The notes: a model not told the origin generated them from the letters alone. Positions 7,771 through 17,520 are shown, counted from the stretch's first letter. The stretch: DNA of 64,000 nt from an uncultured Candidatus Saccharibacteria bacterium (GCA_964399295.1 CAYNQD010000002.1:104358-168357), one strand, 5' to 3'. Numbers and translations are program-made.

Positions 7771-8922
7771 ATGCTGATGACAAAATTTTTTACTACCAAT
7801 ATATTGCTGTTATTTTTACTCCCTTTTTTTGTTCAGGCGCAGGAAGTACATCAGGAATTTCAGGAGACAATAAAAGCGGAAGTGATTGAAGTAGTAACAG
7901 AATATGATCGTATTATTATGGGTACTGAGACCTTAACCACGGTGCAAGAGCTGCGGATTCAGCTGAAAGGGGGAGAAAAAAGCGGTGAAGTGGTGAAATT
8001 AGAAAACGACCTGATGGTACTGGCAGCCGGCGATAAGATTTTTGTTAATCGTTTGGTTTCTTTTGATGGCGTTGAGTATTATGTCTTCAAAGATGTGGAG
8101 AGAAGAATGCCACTTTTGATTATCGTCTTGGTGTTTGTGGCTTTGACTATTTGGCTTTCCGGTCGGCAGGGGGTGAGGGCCATTATTAGTTTGGGTATAA
8201 GTATCGCGGCGATTATTTTCTTGCTGATACCGGCGCTGTTGGCTGGCTATTCGCCAGCTTGGACGAGCTTGGGTATTTCCGGTTTGATTTTAAGTTTCAC
8301 TTTATTTTTTACTCACGGCATCAAACCCAGAGTAGTGATTACTTTTCTGGGGACTTTTTCTGCTGTATTCGTCACGTGTTTTATCGCCTGGATTTGGGTG
8401 GAGTGGATGAGATTTACCGGCTTCAGCGACGATGCTTCTGTCTATTTAAATTTTGCGACTGGCGGCACTCTTGATCTGACTGGACTGCTCCTCGGTAGTA
8501 TTATCATTGGTTTTCTTGGATTGCTTGATGATGTTTCCATTACGCAAGCCTCGGTTGTACAGCAGTTAAAGGGAGCCAATAGAGATTTTGGTTTTAAAGA
8601 ATTATATCTTAGGGCTATTAAGGTGGGGCGCGATCATGTTGGTTCTTTGGTTAATACGCTGGCTTTTGCTTACGTGGGTGCCGCCTTGCCGATGATACTG
8701 CTTTATTCTTATTCTGAATCCTCAATCATGACCATTATAAATCAAGAGGTAGTCGCGGCTGAAATCCTGAGAATTGTTGTCGGTAGTATTGGGTTGATTT
8801 TGGCCGTGCCTTTGACCACTGTTATGGCGGCTTGGTATTTTAGGAATAAGGAGCCACGGGAAGAGGATATTCATACCTGTGCCGATCATCAGGAAGGTGG
8901 AATTCACAATCATGGCCACTAA
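7771..8922 (+). CDS. YibE/F-family integral membrane protein
   Basis: Signal/TM start MLMTKFFTTNILLLFLLPFFVQA at ATG 7771. The tracked ORF begins at 7498 but its first 91 codons translate the GC palindrome and promoter. Multi-TM with a GLLDDVSITQASV motif typical of YibE/F. Confidence 0.7.
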   Translation: MLMTKFFTTNILLLFLLPFFVQAQEVHQEFQETIKAEVIEVVTEYDRIIMGTETLTTVQELRIQLKGGEKSGEVVKLENDLMVLAAGDKIFVNRLVSFDGVEYYVFKDVERRMPLLIIVLVFVALTIWLSGRQGVRAIISLGISIAAIIFLLIPALLAGYSPAWTSLGISGLILSFTLFFTHGIKPRVVITFLGTFSAVFVTCFIAWIWVEWMRFTGFSDDASVYLNFATGGTLDLTGLLLGSIIIGFLGLLDDVSITQASVVQQLKGANRDFGFKELYLRAIKVGRDHVGSLVNTLAFAYVGAALPMILLYSYSESSIMTIINQEVVAAEILRIVVGSIGLILAVPLTTVMAAWYFRNKEPREEDIHTCADHQEGGIHNHGH

Positions 8923-8967
8923 GCTAAAATGGTATTATTATAAAGCATTAGTTTAATTGGATTATTT

Positions 8968-9351
8968 ATGAAAAATTTCTTGAACGAGTTTAAGGCTTTT
9001 GCCATGAAAGGCAATGTTATTGATTTGGCGGTGGCGGTGGTGATTGGAGCGGCTTTTGGGAAGATTGTTTCTTCTTTGGTTGAAAATATCATTACTCCTC
9101 TTATTGGAATACTGGTCGGAGGAATTGATTTTACCAGTTATAGTTTTGTCTTTAAGGCTGCGGAAATAAAGTACGGGATGTTTTTGCAAAATGTTTTTGA
9201 TTTTGTGATTATTGCGTTCTCTATATTTATCGCGGTAAAAGCCCTAAAAACCCTACAGAGAAAGGAGGAGGAGAAAAAAGAAGAAAAACCAAAGGAGATA
9301 CCGGAGGATATTTTGTTGTTGCGGGAAATTAGGGATAGTTTGAAGAAGTAG
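8968..9351 (+). CDS. mscL: large-conductance mechanosensitive channel MscL
   Basis: [34 protein letters not shown]... is a canonical MscL N-terminus and TM1. Confidence 0.9.
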   Translation: MKNFLNEFKAFAMKGNVIDLAVAVVIGAAFGKIVSSLVENIITPLIGILVGGIDFTSYSFVFKAAEIKYGMFLQNVFDFVIIAFSIFIAVKALKTLQRKEEEKKEEKPKEIPEDILLLREIRDSLKK

Positions 9352-9675
9352 GTAAACCACAGAACATTTTTATCAGACCACAACTACCCAAGCCTAAAAA
9401 TTACTATCATAACTACAAAGTAACCAGTAGTTATCCACATTCCGTAACTGTTGATATCTAAAGAAAATCCTTTTTTATAGCCATTCCCCAAAAAGATATA
9501 ATTTTTCTGAAGATGGTATTATATAGGCACGCACGAATTCTACACCGTGTGTTTCTTATATAGAGTTATATTTTCACACGCAGTTTGTATCTTTCTTAAA
9601 CTTAATTGCGTCCTACATCAACACTTAAGTTTGTGAGAGATAAGGTTAAATTTTATTAGTTTTATTTATCAGAAG

Positions 9676-10998
9676 TTGTTATTTATGGAGATTAAGCACA
9701 TTCGTAAGAGAGATGGTTCAGTTCAGCCTTTTCACATGGTCAAGATTGAAAACGCCATCTTGAAAGCTCTTTTTGAGACTGGAGAAGGAGAGGTGGCTGA
9801 TGCCAAAAAAGTAGCTGACCTAGTACACCAAAAGACAATCGCTATGTGCGTCCAAGCAGCGACCGCTGATCCAAGCAGCGCCTTAGCGAAAAAATGTGTT
9901 GATGGCTATCCGGCGGTGGAAGAGATTCAAGACTTGGTAGAGCAGGCCCTGATGGAGCTGGATTACTTTGAAACCGCTAAAGCGTACATTATTTACCGCA
10001 ATGCTCGCAAAAAATTACGCGAGCGCGACATCTTCAAAAAACGAACCAACCTCAAGCCTTACGAATACCCGGAATTGTATGAGTATGTGAGTTCCATAAG
10101 GCATTCCTATTGGATTCATACTGAGTTCAATTTCACCAGTGACCTCAATGATTTTCATATCAATGTCACACCAGCTGAAAGAAACGCCATAAAAAACGCC
10201 ATGCTAGCCATTGCCCAGATTGAGGTAGCTGTAAAAACTTTCTGGGGCGATATCTACAAGAAAATGCCAAAGCCGGAAATTGGTGCTGTGGGCTTTACCT
10301 TTGCCGAAAGTGAAGTTAGGCACATGGACGCTTACTCGCACTTGGTAGAAATTCTCGGCCTTAATTCAGAATTTGAAAATATCACGAAAGTTCCAGTTAT
10401 TCAGCAGAGGATTGCCTACCTTGAAAAAACCGTCGCTCTAGCCAGGACTGAAGAGAATCGCCAGTACATGCACTCAGTAATGCTCTTTTCGCTATTTATT
10501 GAGCATGTGTCTCTATTTTCACAGTTTCTTATTATCATGTCCTTCAATAAGCACCGTAATCTGTTCAAGGGTATCAGCAACGCGGTGGAGGCGACATCAA
10601 AAGAAGAGCAAATTCACGGTATGTTTGGTATTGATATCATCAATATAATCAAGAAGGAACATCCGGAGTGGTTTGATGACAATTGCAAAAACATGATTAT
10701 CAAGGCCTGCGAGGAAGCTTATGAAGCGGAAAGCAAGGTGATTGATTGGATTTATGAGGCTGGGGAATTGGATTTTTTACCTTCTACCAACGTTAAGGAA
10801 TTTGTTAAGCATCGTTTCAACAATTCCTTGGTGGCGGTTGGTTTGCCTAGGATTTTTGATGTCAGTGAGGCTCTACTTGAAGAAACAGACTGGTTTGATA
10901 ATGAAGTGATTGCGACTAAGCACGTGGATTTTTTCCAGAAGCGTTCCATCAACTACAACAAACGCAGCGCCAGTGTTACCAGTGATGATTTATTTTAA
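9676..10998 (+). CDS. nrdB: class I ribonucleotide reductase beta subunit (R2) with an N-terminal ATP-cone
   Basis: N-terminal about 90 aa read as an ATP-cone (KRDGSVQPFHMVKIENAILKA). Ferritin-like di-metal ligands E...EVRH...Y with the E115/H118/Y122 spacing, E in FIEH, and EEQIH. Confidence 0.8.
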   Translation: MLFMEIKHIRKRDGSVQPFHMVKIENAILKALFETGEGEVADAKKVADLVHQKTIAMCVQAATADPSSALAKKCVDGYPAVEEIQDLVEQALMELDYFETAKAYIIYRNARKKLRERDIFKKRTNLKPYEYPELYEYVSSIRHSYWIHTEFNFTSDLNDFHINVTPAERNAIKNAMLAIAQIEVAVKTFWGDIYKKMPKPEIGAVGFTFAESEVRHMDAYSHLVEILGLNSEFENITKVPVIQQRIAYLEKTVALARTEENRQYMHSVMLFSLFIEHVSLFSQFLIIMSFNKHRNLFKGISNAVEATSKEEQIHGMFGIDIINIIKKEHPEWFDDNCKNMIIKACEEAYEAESKVIDWIYEAGELDFLPSTNVKEFVKHRFNNSLVAVGLPRIFDVSEALLEETDWFDNEVIATKHVDFFQKRSINYNKRSASVTSDDLF

Positions 10999-11022
10999 TT
11001 TGTAATAAGACATACAACGTAT

Positions 11023-12699
11023 ATGGAATCTTGGTATTGGTTGAACGAAAACAGTCGGAATTTTTTGGCCAGAGGTTATTTGGCCAAAGGTCAGACGGCG
11101 GAAGAGCGGATTCAAGTGATTGCGAAGACAGCAGGCAAATTTTTGAATCGCCCAGACTTCGCAGACAAATTTGTTGACTATATGAGCAAGGGTTGGATAT
11201 CTTTGGCTTCTCCCGTCTGGTCAAATTTTGGTATAGATAAAGGATTGCCGATTAGTTGTTTTGGCTCTTACGTGGACGACAACATGGGAAGCATTCTCTA
11301 CACCAATGCCGAGGTGGGAATGCAAAGCAAGTTTGGCGGCGGCTGCTCAGGCTATTTTGGCGATTTGCGCAGTCGGGGAGCGACGATTTCCGGTAATGGT
11401 CACTCCTCTGGATCAGTGCATTTCATGCAGTTGTTTGAGACTTTGGTTGATGTTGTTAGTCAGGGTTCTGTCAGACGGGGGCATTTTTCTCCTTATCTGC
11501 CGATTGAGCACGAAGATATAATGGAATTTTTGGATATTGGCACTGAGGGCAATCCCATCCAAAAGCTCACCCACGGCGTGACCGTGACCGATGAATGGAT
11601 GAAAAAAATGATTGACGGTGATGAGGAAAAAAGAGCTATTTGGGCCAGAGTCATCCAGCGGCGCGGGGAAATGGGTTATCCGTACATTATGTTTAAGGAT
11701 GCGGCTAACAAAAATACCGTGGATGTTTATAAGGATAAAAATCTCACCATTCATGCCAGCAACATGTGCAGTGAGATTATGTTACCTTCAAATGATGAAT
11801 GGTCATTTGTCTGCTGCTTGTCTTCCGTCAATCTGCTGCACTACGAAGCTTGGAAAGATACAGACCTGATCGAAACCATGATTGCTTTTCTCGATGCTGT
11901 GATGGAGGATTTTATTCAAAAACTTGAAGCCATGCGTGATAGTAAAGATAAAGAGAAACGCCTGGCTTTTGGCTTCATGGAGAGAGCGTTTAATTTTGCC
12001 AAAGCCAACCGCGCGTTGGGTCTGGGTGTTCTTGGTTGGCATTCGCTTTTGCAAGCCAGAAAACTTTCTTTCGAGAGCAAGGAGGCCGCAGTGCTAAATA
12101 TTGAAGTGTTCAAATACATCGACACCAAAGCACAATTGGCCACCAAAACTTTAGCTAAGGAGCTGGGTGAACCGGAAATCCTCAAGGGCTACGGCCGACG
12201 CAACACCACGCTCTTGGCTATTGCTCCCACTACTTCTTCTGCCTTTATTATGGGGCAGGTGTCGCAGGGTATTGAGCCAATCTGGTCAAATTGTTATACC
12301 AAAGACGTGGCCAAGCTAAAAGTCACTATCAAAAATCCAAATCTCAAAGAATTGTTGGAAGAAAAAGGCCAGGACACCAAAGAAGTGTGGGACAGCATTC
12401 GCGACCACGATGGTTCGGTTCAGCATTTGGATTTTTTGACGACAGCAGAAAGAGAAGTGTTCCGTACTTTCTCCGAGATCGACCAATCCGTAGTTATCAA
12501 GCAAGCAGCCGATCGACAAAAGTATATCGACCAAGGCCAGTCGCTAAATATTATGGTTGAGCCAGCCACTCCAGTCAAAGAAATCAATCAGCTCTATATT
12601 CAGGCTTGGAAGCAAGGGGTAAAGTCTCTTTACTATCAGCACTCCATGAACGCGGCCCAGCAAATGGTAAGAAAAAAGTTAACGGAAGGGAAGGGGTAG
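11023..12699 (+). CDS. nrdA: ribonucleotide reductase catalytic alpha subunit, short form without an ATP-cone
   Basis: Catalytic NxCxE motif (HASNMCSEIMLPSNDE). C-terminal YY (KSLYYQHS) but no terminal Cys pair. 558 aa. Confidence 0.8.
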   Translation: MESWYWLNENSRNFLARGYLAKGQTAEERIQVIAKTAGKFLNRPDFADKFVDYMSKGWISLASPVWSNFGIDKGLPISCFGSYVDDNMGSILYTNAEVGMQSKFGGGCSGYFGDLRSRGATISGNGHSSGSVHFMQLFETLVDVVSQGSVRRGHFSPYLPIEHEDIMEFLDIGTEGNPIQKLTHGVTVTDEWMKKMIDGDEEKRAIWARVIQRRGEMGYPYIMFKDAANKNTVDVYKDKNLTIHASNMCSEIMLPSNDEWSFVCCLSSVNLLHYEAWKDTDLIETMIAFLDAVMEDFIQKLEAMRDSKDKEKRLAFGFMERAFNFAKANRALGLGVLGWHSLLQARKLSFESKEAAVLNIEVFKYIDTKAQLATKTLAKELGEPEILKGYGRRNTTLLAIAPTTSSAFIMGQVSQGIEPIWSNCYTKDVAKLKVTIKNPNLKELLEEKGQDTKEVWDSIRDHDGSVQHLDFLTTAEREVFRTFSEIDQSVVIKQAADRQKYIDQGQSLNIMVEPATPVKEINQLYIQAWKQGVKSLYYQHSMNAAQQMVRKKLTEGKG

Positions 12700-12780
12700 A
12701 TGAATCTCTTGGTGAATTTGTTGTGAGTGGTATAGTTTAATCATAAAATAATCTTTGAATTTTAAACTAATAATACCCTT

Positions 12781-13242
12781 ATGAAATGGAAGCAAACACC
12801 TATAGCCAAAATCTACGAAGCTCTTGGTTGTGTGGCCGATGGGAGGGTTGAAGTATCTGGTGATACCTCCAAGGTCTTTTCTTCCAGTGGTGGAAAATTT
12901 TACACAGTCACTTACGATCCGGTATCGCAAGCGATTATGGTCAATGACAACGGATCGTTCTGGGGAGGATATTTGGGTTATCCGGCTGTGGCCTACTTGA
13001 TGATAGTGGGGGAGTTGTCGTACTCCCCCAAGATAGCCGCGGAGCTTAAGGGCATCGCTTGGAAAGATATAAACCAAAAATTCAAAAATGACTTTGATAA
13101 GGCTGTTGAATTTATCTTGAGCAGCAAGCCGCTGGAAATCAAAGAAGCCATCGAAGCAGAAGTGAATAAAATATACGGCCAATTAACGGCCAAGAGCTAT
13201 AATCTGCTTGGTAGGAAAATGCGACCGCCGGCTGGGTACTAG
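12781..13242 (+). CDS. hypothetical protein
   Basis: 153-aa ORF with non-repetitive, protein-like composition. Preferred over the overlapping minus ORF 12679-13182. Confidence 0.45.
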   Translation: MKWKQTPIAKIYEALGCVADGRVEVSGDTSKVFSSSGGKFYTVTYDPVSQAIMVNDNGSFWGGYLGYPAVAYLMIVGELSYSPKIAAELKGIAWKDINQKFKNDFDKAVEFILSSKPLEIKEAIEAEVNKIYGQLTAKSYNLLGRKMRPPAGY

Positions 13243-13347
13243 TACTTGCCGTCAAGGCCGTACACAGATTTGACATAAAAGCTTTATGGCGGTAATTTAC
13301 CGATGGTAGTTGAGGCAAATTCCATAAATTTAAAAAAGGAGGCTGGT

Positions 13348-13494
13348 ATGAATAAGATTGAAGAACCATTAGTTCCTGATGAGAGTCAAAAAGGGAGGAA
13401 GTTAAAGTTCGTTAGAAGGTTCTTTAGTCACTCCATAAGAAAAAAGTTCAGAAAAATACGCTGGAAATTGTTGCCGGCACATAGGAGAAAATAA
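13348..13494 (+). CDS. 48-aa protein with an acidic N-terminus and a very basic C-terminus (GRKLKFVRRFFSHSIRKKFRKIRWKLLPAHRRK)
   Basis: Perfect SD AGGAGG 6 nt upstream of ATG 13348. A candidate promoter upstream (-35 TTGACA 13270-13275, 17-bp spacer, -10 TAATTT 13293-13298). Its own terminator at 13513-13540. Confidence 0.45.
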   Translation: MNKIEEPLVPDESQKGRKLKFVRRFFSHSIRKKFRKIRWKLLPAHRRK

Positions 13495-13512
13495 ATTTTT
13501 TAGAGTTCCAAA

Positions 13513-13540
13513 GGCGATCGCAAGATCGCCTTTTCTTTTC
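13513..13540 (+). terminator. intrinsic terminator
   Basis: GGCGATC-GCAA-GATCGCC followed by TTTTCTTTTC. Confidence 0.8.
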
Positions 13541-13572
13541 TCCGCAAAAATTGGTATTATTTAAAAATCAAT

Positions 13573-14517
13573 ATGCGACAACTGCTTGTTTTTTCATTGC
13601 TATTTACTTTAATTTTTGGCACCAGCTATTGGTATACGAGCTCGGCCTATCTTTGTCCGATTCCCATTAAATATGGGGTTGGTGAGATTGATGACCGGTT
13701 TCTTATTACTAAAGAGGAAGTAAGAGATATTTTATTGGAAGCCGAGGCGGTTTGGGAAGGTCCAACCAACCGCGATTTATTTGTCTATGATAAAGAAGCT
13801 GCTTTTATGGTTAATTTTGTTTTTGACGAAAGGCAGCAGTTGGTCAGAACTGAAGAAGAGTGGCGAACAAATTTGGATGAACAGGAAAGGATTGGTTTGG
13901 AAATGGCGGCCAAGGTAAAAAATTTGAGTGAAGAATATAAAAGATTAGAGGCTGATTACCTGAAGCAACGGGCACTTTATGAAAGTCAGTTGGATATCTA
14001 CAACAAAAAAGTTGAATCCTACAACGAGCAAGGCGGCGTGCCAAGAGAAGTTTTTGCAGAGATGAAACAAGAACAGGATTATCTGTCTGGTTTGTTGTCA
14101 AAACTAGTTTCAGCGGAGCAAATTCTAAGCCAGACCGCCGATGATATAAATACCCAAGGCGAACAAAGCAACAAAATTATTGAAGACTACAATGCTGGCG
14201 TAGAGAGGTACAACGAAATTTTTGGCAGCCAATACACTTTTACGCAGGGAGATTTCAGGCGCGAAAGAATCAATATATATAAATTTACAGACAAAGCCGA
14301 GCTGGTCAGGGTGATGGCGCATGAGCTTGGACACGCTCTCGGTATATCTCATGTTGAAGAGGAGGAGTCGGTGATGTATTATTTAACTAAAGAACAGTTG
14401 GGGTCTACGGTATTGTCCATACAGGATTTAGAAGCCCTGGTGGACATTTGTGGCGATGGGACCGAACTTTCTCATAAATTAAGAAAAGCAATCCGCGTTT
14501 TATTATCAAAGTTTTAA
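13573..14517 (+). CDS. membrane-anchored metzincin (matrixin-like) zinc metalloprotease with a coiled-coil region
   Basis: N-terminal TM. HELGHALGISH plus a downstream Met-turn (SVMYY) match the HExxHxxGxxH metzincin signature. Confidence 0.65.
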   Translation: MRQLLVFSLLFTLIFGTSYWYTSSAYLCPIPIKYGVGEIDDRFLITKEEVRDILLEAEAVWEGPTNRDLFVYDKEAAFMVNFVFDERQQLVRTEEEWRTNLDEQERIGLEMAAKVKNLSEEYKRLEADYLKQRALYESQLDIYNKKVESYNEQGGVPREVFAEMKQEQDYLSGLLSKLVSAEQILSQTADDINTQGEQSNKIIEDYNAGVERYNEIFGSQYTFTQGDFRRERINIYKFTDKAELVRVMAHELGHALGISHVEEEESVMYYLTKEQLGSTVLSIQDLEALVDICGDGTELSHKLRKAIRVLLSKF

Positions 14518-14527
14518 TATTTTAATC

Positions 14528-15316
14528 ATGGAAAATACATTTTTTAGTTCTAAGAGCAACAGAAGTTTGGTAACTATTGTTTTGTTGTTTTTGATCGTAG
14601 CTTTGGCAGCTTATGCTTGCTACACAATAAAGCAAACGAAGTATCTATACACCGGGCCAACCACGATTTCGGTGACTGGAGTGGGTGAAGTGATGGCGGT
14701 GCCGGATATTGGACAGTTTAGTTTCTCGGTTGTCGCCACCGGTACCGACGCTACTTTGGCTCAGGAAGAATCAGGAAATAGAATAAACGCCATTCTCGCT
14801 TTCCTGAAAGAGGCCGGAGTGGAAGAAAAAGACATAAAGACTGAATCATACAACATGAATCCTCGATATCGTTATGAAACAGGGGATTGTCCGGTCAATG
14901 TTTTTTGTCCTGGTGTGCAGGTGCAAGATGGGTTTGAGGTTTATCAAAGTGTAAGGGTTAAGGTGCGAGATTTAAATAATTCCGGCCGACTTATTGCCGG
15001 TGTGGGGAATTTGGGCGCTACCAATATCACTAGTCTGCAATTCACTATCGACGATACTAATGTCTTGAAAGCAGAAGCTCGAACAAAAGCCATCAACGAC
15101 GCCAGAGCCAAGGCTGTGGTACTAAGTCGACAATTAGGTGTTAGATTTGTGAAGATGGTGGGCTACTATGAAAACGACGGTCAGCAAGTGCCATATTACG
15201 ATTACGCTAGAGCGGGAAACATGATGGAGATGTCAGACATGGCTAAAGGGCCGTCTTTGCCAACTGGTGAAAATACGGTAACAAGCCAGGTGACCATTAC
15301 CTACCAGACTCGGTAG
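14528..15316 (+). CDS. SIMPL-domain (DUF541, YggE-like) protein
   Basis: N-terminal TM followed by VPD.GQFSFSV...SYNM.PRY and a C-terminal GENTVTS..VTIT pattern typical of SIMPL/DUF541. Confidence 0.7.
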   Translation: MENTFFSSKSNRSLVTIVLLFLIVALAAYACYTIKQTKYLYTGPTTISVTGVGEVMAVPDIGQFSFSVVATGTDATLAQEESGNRINAILAFLKEAGVEEKDIKTESYNMNPRYRYETGDCPVNVFCPGVQVQDGFEVYQSVRVKVRDLNNSGRLIAGVGNLGATNITSLQFTIDDTNVLKAEARTKAINDARAKAVVLSRQLGVRFVKMVGYYENDGQQVPYYDYARAGNMMEMSDMAKGPSLPTGENTVTSQVTITYQTR

Positions 15317-15336
15317 TGGAGTATAGATTGACGTAA

Positions 15337-15377
15337 AGCTAAAAAGGGCGCCGGCGAAGCCGGCGCCCTTTTTAGCT
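15337..15377. terminator. bidirectional intrinsic terminator (19-bp arms)
   Basis: AGCTAAAAAGGGCGCCGGC-GAA-GCCGGCGCCCTTTTTAGCT. Confidence 0.8.
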
Positions 15378-15405
15378 TTGACATTATTTTAAATAAGCGT
15401 ACAAT
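15378..15405 (+). promoter_or_regulatory. sigma70-like promoter for secE-nusG (-35 TTGACA, 16-bp spacer, -10 TACAAT)
   Basis: Consensus hexamers read directly. A short hairpin plus U-run (CGCC-TCCAG-GGCG-TTTTTATTTT) lies in the predicted 5' UTR. Confidence 0.6.
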
Positions 15406-15456
15406 GGTAGGGACTCGCCTCCAGGGCGTTTTTATTTTGGTAAAACTATATTTATT

Positions 15457-15648
15457 ATGAGCAATTTTGGAAATTATTTGCGTGACACCGCCGCTGAGAT
15501 GAAGCAGGTGACTTGGCCGACACAAAAACAAGCTTTTTTGTATACGGTTTTAGTGATTGTTATTTCTGTTATCGTATCATTATTTTTAGGGCTGTTTGAC
15601 TATCTTTTTCAGATGGGCATTGATGCGATTGTAAATGGTCTTTACTAA
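15457..15648 (+). CDS. secE: preprotein translocase subunit SecE
   Basis: 63-aa protein with a single C-terminal TM, directly upstream of nusG. WPT..E motif (KQVTWPTQKQAF). Confidence 0.75.
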   Translation: MSNFGNYLRDTAAEMKQVTWPTQKQAFLYTVLVIVISVIVSLFLGLFDYLFQMGIDAIVNGLY

Positions 15649-15662
15649 TAAAATCTTATTAT

Positions 15663-16208
15663 ATGGCTAAACAAACAAACACAGGCGAAAGGCATTGGTA
15701 CGCTATCCATACTTACTCTGGATATGAAAATGCCGTCACTCGCAATCTAAAACAACGCATTGATTCGCTGGGCATGAGTGATAAAATCTTCAATGTGGTC
15801 GTACCTACAGAAAAGAAGATTAGGGTCAAGGGTGGCAAGCGCGTGATGGAAGAAGAGCGCATCTATCCTGGATATGTGCTGGTGGAGATGATTGTCGATG
15901 ATGAGTCCTGGTATGTGGTGCGCAACACTCCTCGAGTGACCGGTTTTGTCGGTAGTGGCACCCAGCCGGTACCTTTGACGGAAGAGGAATACAACGCGTT
16001 GATGAAGCAAATGTCTACCGACACCATCAAACATAAAGTTGATTTAACAGCGGGAGATATCGTGAGTATTGTGGACGGTCCCTTTAAAGACCTTGAAGGT
16101 CGTGTCGGTGAGATTGATGAAAAGAGCGGCAAGGTAAAAGTCTTGGTGCCAATGTTTGGTCGTGAGACTCCGGTAGAATTGGACTTTTTGCAGGTGAAGC
16201 GAGTGTAA
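15663..16208 (+). CDS. nusG: transcription termination/antitermination factor NusG
   Basis: NGN domain (WYAIHTYSGYENAV) and a C-terminal KOW (GDIVSIVDGPFKDLEGRVGEIDEKSGKVKVLV). Confidence 0.9.
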   Translation: MAKQTNTGERHWYAIHTYSGYENAVTRNLKQRIDSLGMSDKIFNVVVPTEKKIRVKGGKRVMEEERIYPGYVLVEMIVDDESWYVVRNTPRVTGFVGSGTQPVPLTEEEYNALMKQMSTDTIKHKVDLTAGDIVSIVDGPFKDLEGRVGEIDEKSGKVKVLVPMFGRETPVELDFLQVKRV

Positions 16209-16230
16209 TGTATTTCAAATTACCCGCTCA

Positions 16231-16297
16231 TATCCTATCAAAAGATTGAAATAATCCTATCATTTTGATAGGATTATTGATTATAAATGATAGGATT
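16231..16297. promoter_or_regulatory. operator-like array: four copies of ATCCTATCA/TGATAGGAT, including the 23-bp perfect palindrome AATCCTATCA-TTT-TGATAGGATT (16253-16275)
   Basis: Read directly. The last copy ends at the ATG of the Fic gene. Confidence 0.6.
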
Positions 16298-17344
16298 ATG
16301 ATTTCACTAAATATTAGACAAAAAGCTATTTTGGCTCACTACACCCAGATAGATGCCTTTACTCCTCAGCAGGCCAAAGAAGCTCTCGGGCTCACCGCTT
16401 CTTTGGTGACAGTGCGTCGTGATATACGAGCTTTGGTTGACTTTTCTTACTTGAAAGAAGATGGTGCGGGTCCAGCGTTGCGATATTTTAAAACTATTCT
16501 TGGTACACTACTTACTCCGATTGACGCTACGGAGTACCAGAATATTGATGTTGACAAGCGTGGTCAAAAAATCACTTTCAACCAAGCTCTTTTCCCACAA
16601 TTTCCCAAAAATATCTTTTCGTCTGAAGAGATGGAAAAACTAAATGGAGCTACCACGCGTTATAAAAAGAAGATAGAAAATCAGACACAAAATATTCACG
16701 CTAAAGAGCTTGAGCGTTTTGTTATTGAGCTGTCATGGAAGTCGTCAAGAATTGAGGGAAATACATACACGCTTTTGGACACAGAATTACTTTTAAAAGA
16801 AGGGACACCCGCGCTGGGAAAAACACCTGAAGAAACCACCATGATTCTAAATCATAAAACCGCTTTTACTTTTATCATGGAGCAACGACAGTTTTTACGG
16901 CAAGGCAATCTTATCCATTTTCTGGAAGAACTTCACCGGCTACTGACTGATAATCTGTCTATCGACCAAGGGATCCGTAAATCGCTAGTTGGTATTACCG
17001 GTACCAACTACGTACCTTTAGAAATTGGCTTTCAAATACAAGAAGCTCTTAATGATTTGTGTGAAAGTATAGAGCGAGCCTCCAGTGCCTACCAAAAAGC
17101 TCTTTTAGCCTTGGTGGGAGTTTCTTATATCCAACCTTTTGTTGATGGCAATAAGCGTACGGCACGATTGTTTGCCAATGCTTTTTTGATATCTGAAAAT
17201 TTGGCGCCACTATCGTACCGGAATGTTGACGAAAGAGATTATCGAGAAGCTATATTAGTCTTTTACGAACGTAACTCAATTTTGCCAATGAAGAATATAT
17301 TTATTGAGCAATATCTATTTTCTACCGAAAACTATACTCTGTAG
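16298..17344 (+). CDS. Fic/Doc-family protein with an N-terminal HTH domain
   Basis: Fic active-site motif variant QPFVDGNKRTAR (HPFx[DE]GNGR). N-terminal DeoR-like HTH (KAILAHYTQIDAFTPQQAKEALGLTASLVTVRRDIRAL). Start set at ATG 16298. The ORF is open from TTG 16265 through the operator repeats. Confidence 0.75.
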   Translation: MISLNIRQKAILAHYTQIDAFTPQQAKEALGLTASLVTVRRDIRALVDFSYLKEDGAGPALRYFKTILGTLLTPIDATEYQNIDVDKRGQKITFNQALFPQFPKNIFSSEEMEKLNGATTRYKKKIENQTQNIHAKELERFVIELSWKSSRIEGNTYTLLDTELLLKEGTPALGKTPEETTMILNHKTAFTFIMEQRQFLRQGNLIHFLEELHRLLTDNLSIDQGIRKSLVGITGTNYVPLEIGFQIQEALNDLCESIERASSAYQKALLALVGVSYIQPFVDGNKRTARLFANAFLISENLAPLSYRNVDERDYREAILVFYERNSILPMKNIFIEQYLFSTENYTL

Positions 17345-17412
17345 TTTTTGTGCTGTGCAACCTCTCTCCACAGGAAGCATGTGACCCCAAGACTAGTGTG
17401 TCGTACATAAGC

Positions 17413-17441
17413 TTGCAAAAACCTTGATTTTCTTGTACTAT
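17413..17441 (+). promoter_or_regulatory. sigma70-like promoter for rplK (-35 TTGCAA, 17-bp spacer, -10 TACTAT)
   Basis: Read directly. Confidence 0.55.
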
Positions 17442-17520
17442 GCGCAGGCTTCTATTGGGGGGTCTGGCTATGGAGCAGACAACTCAGACAAAAAATAATT
17501 CTTAAAATATACATAAAAAT

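Noticed and set aside
12679-13182. 167-aa minus-strand ORF overlapping the plus-strand 12781-13242 gene
   Set aside because: Its composition is Phe/Ile-rich antisense-like. The plus-strand frame reads as a normal globular protein and fits the local gene orientation.
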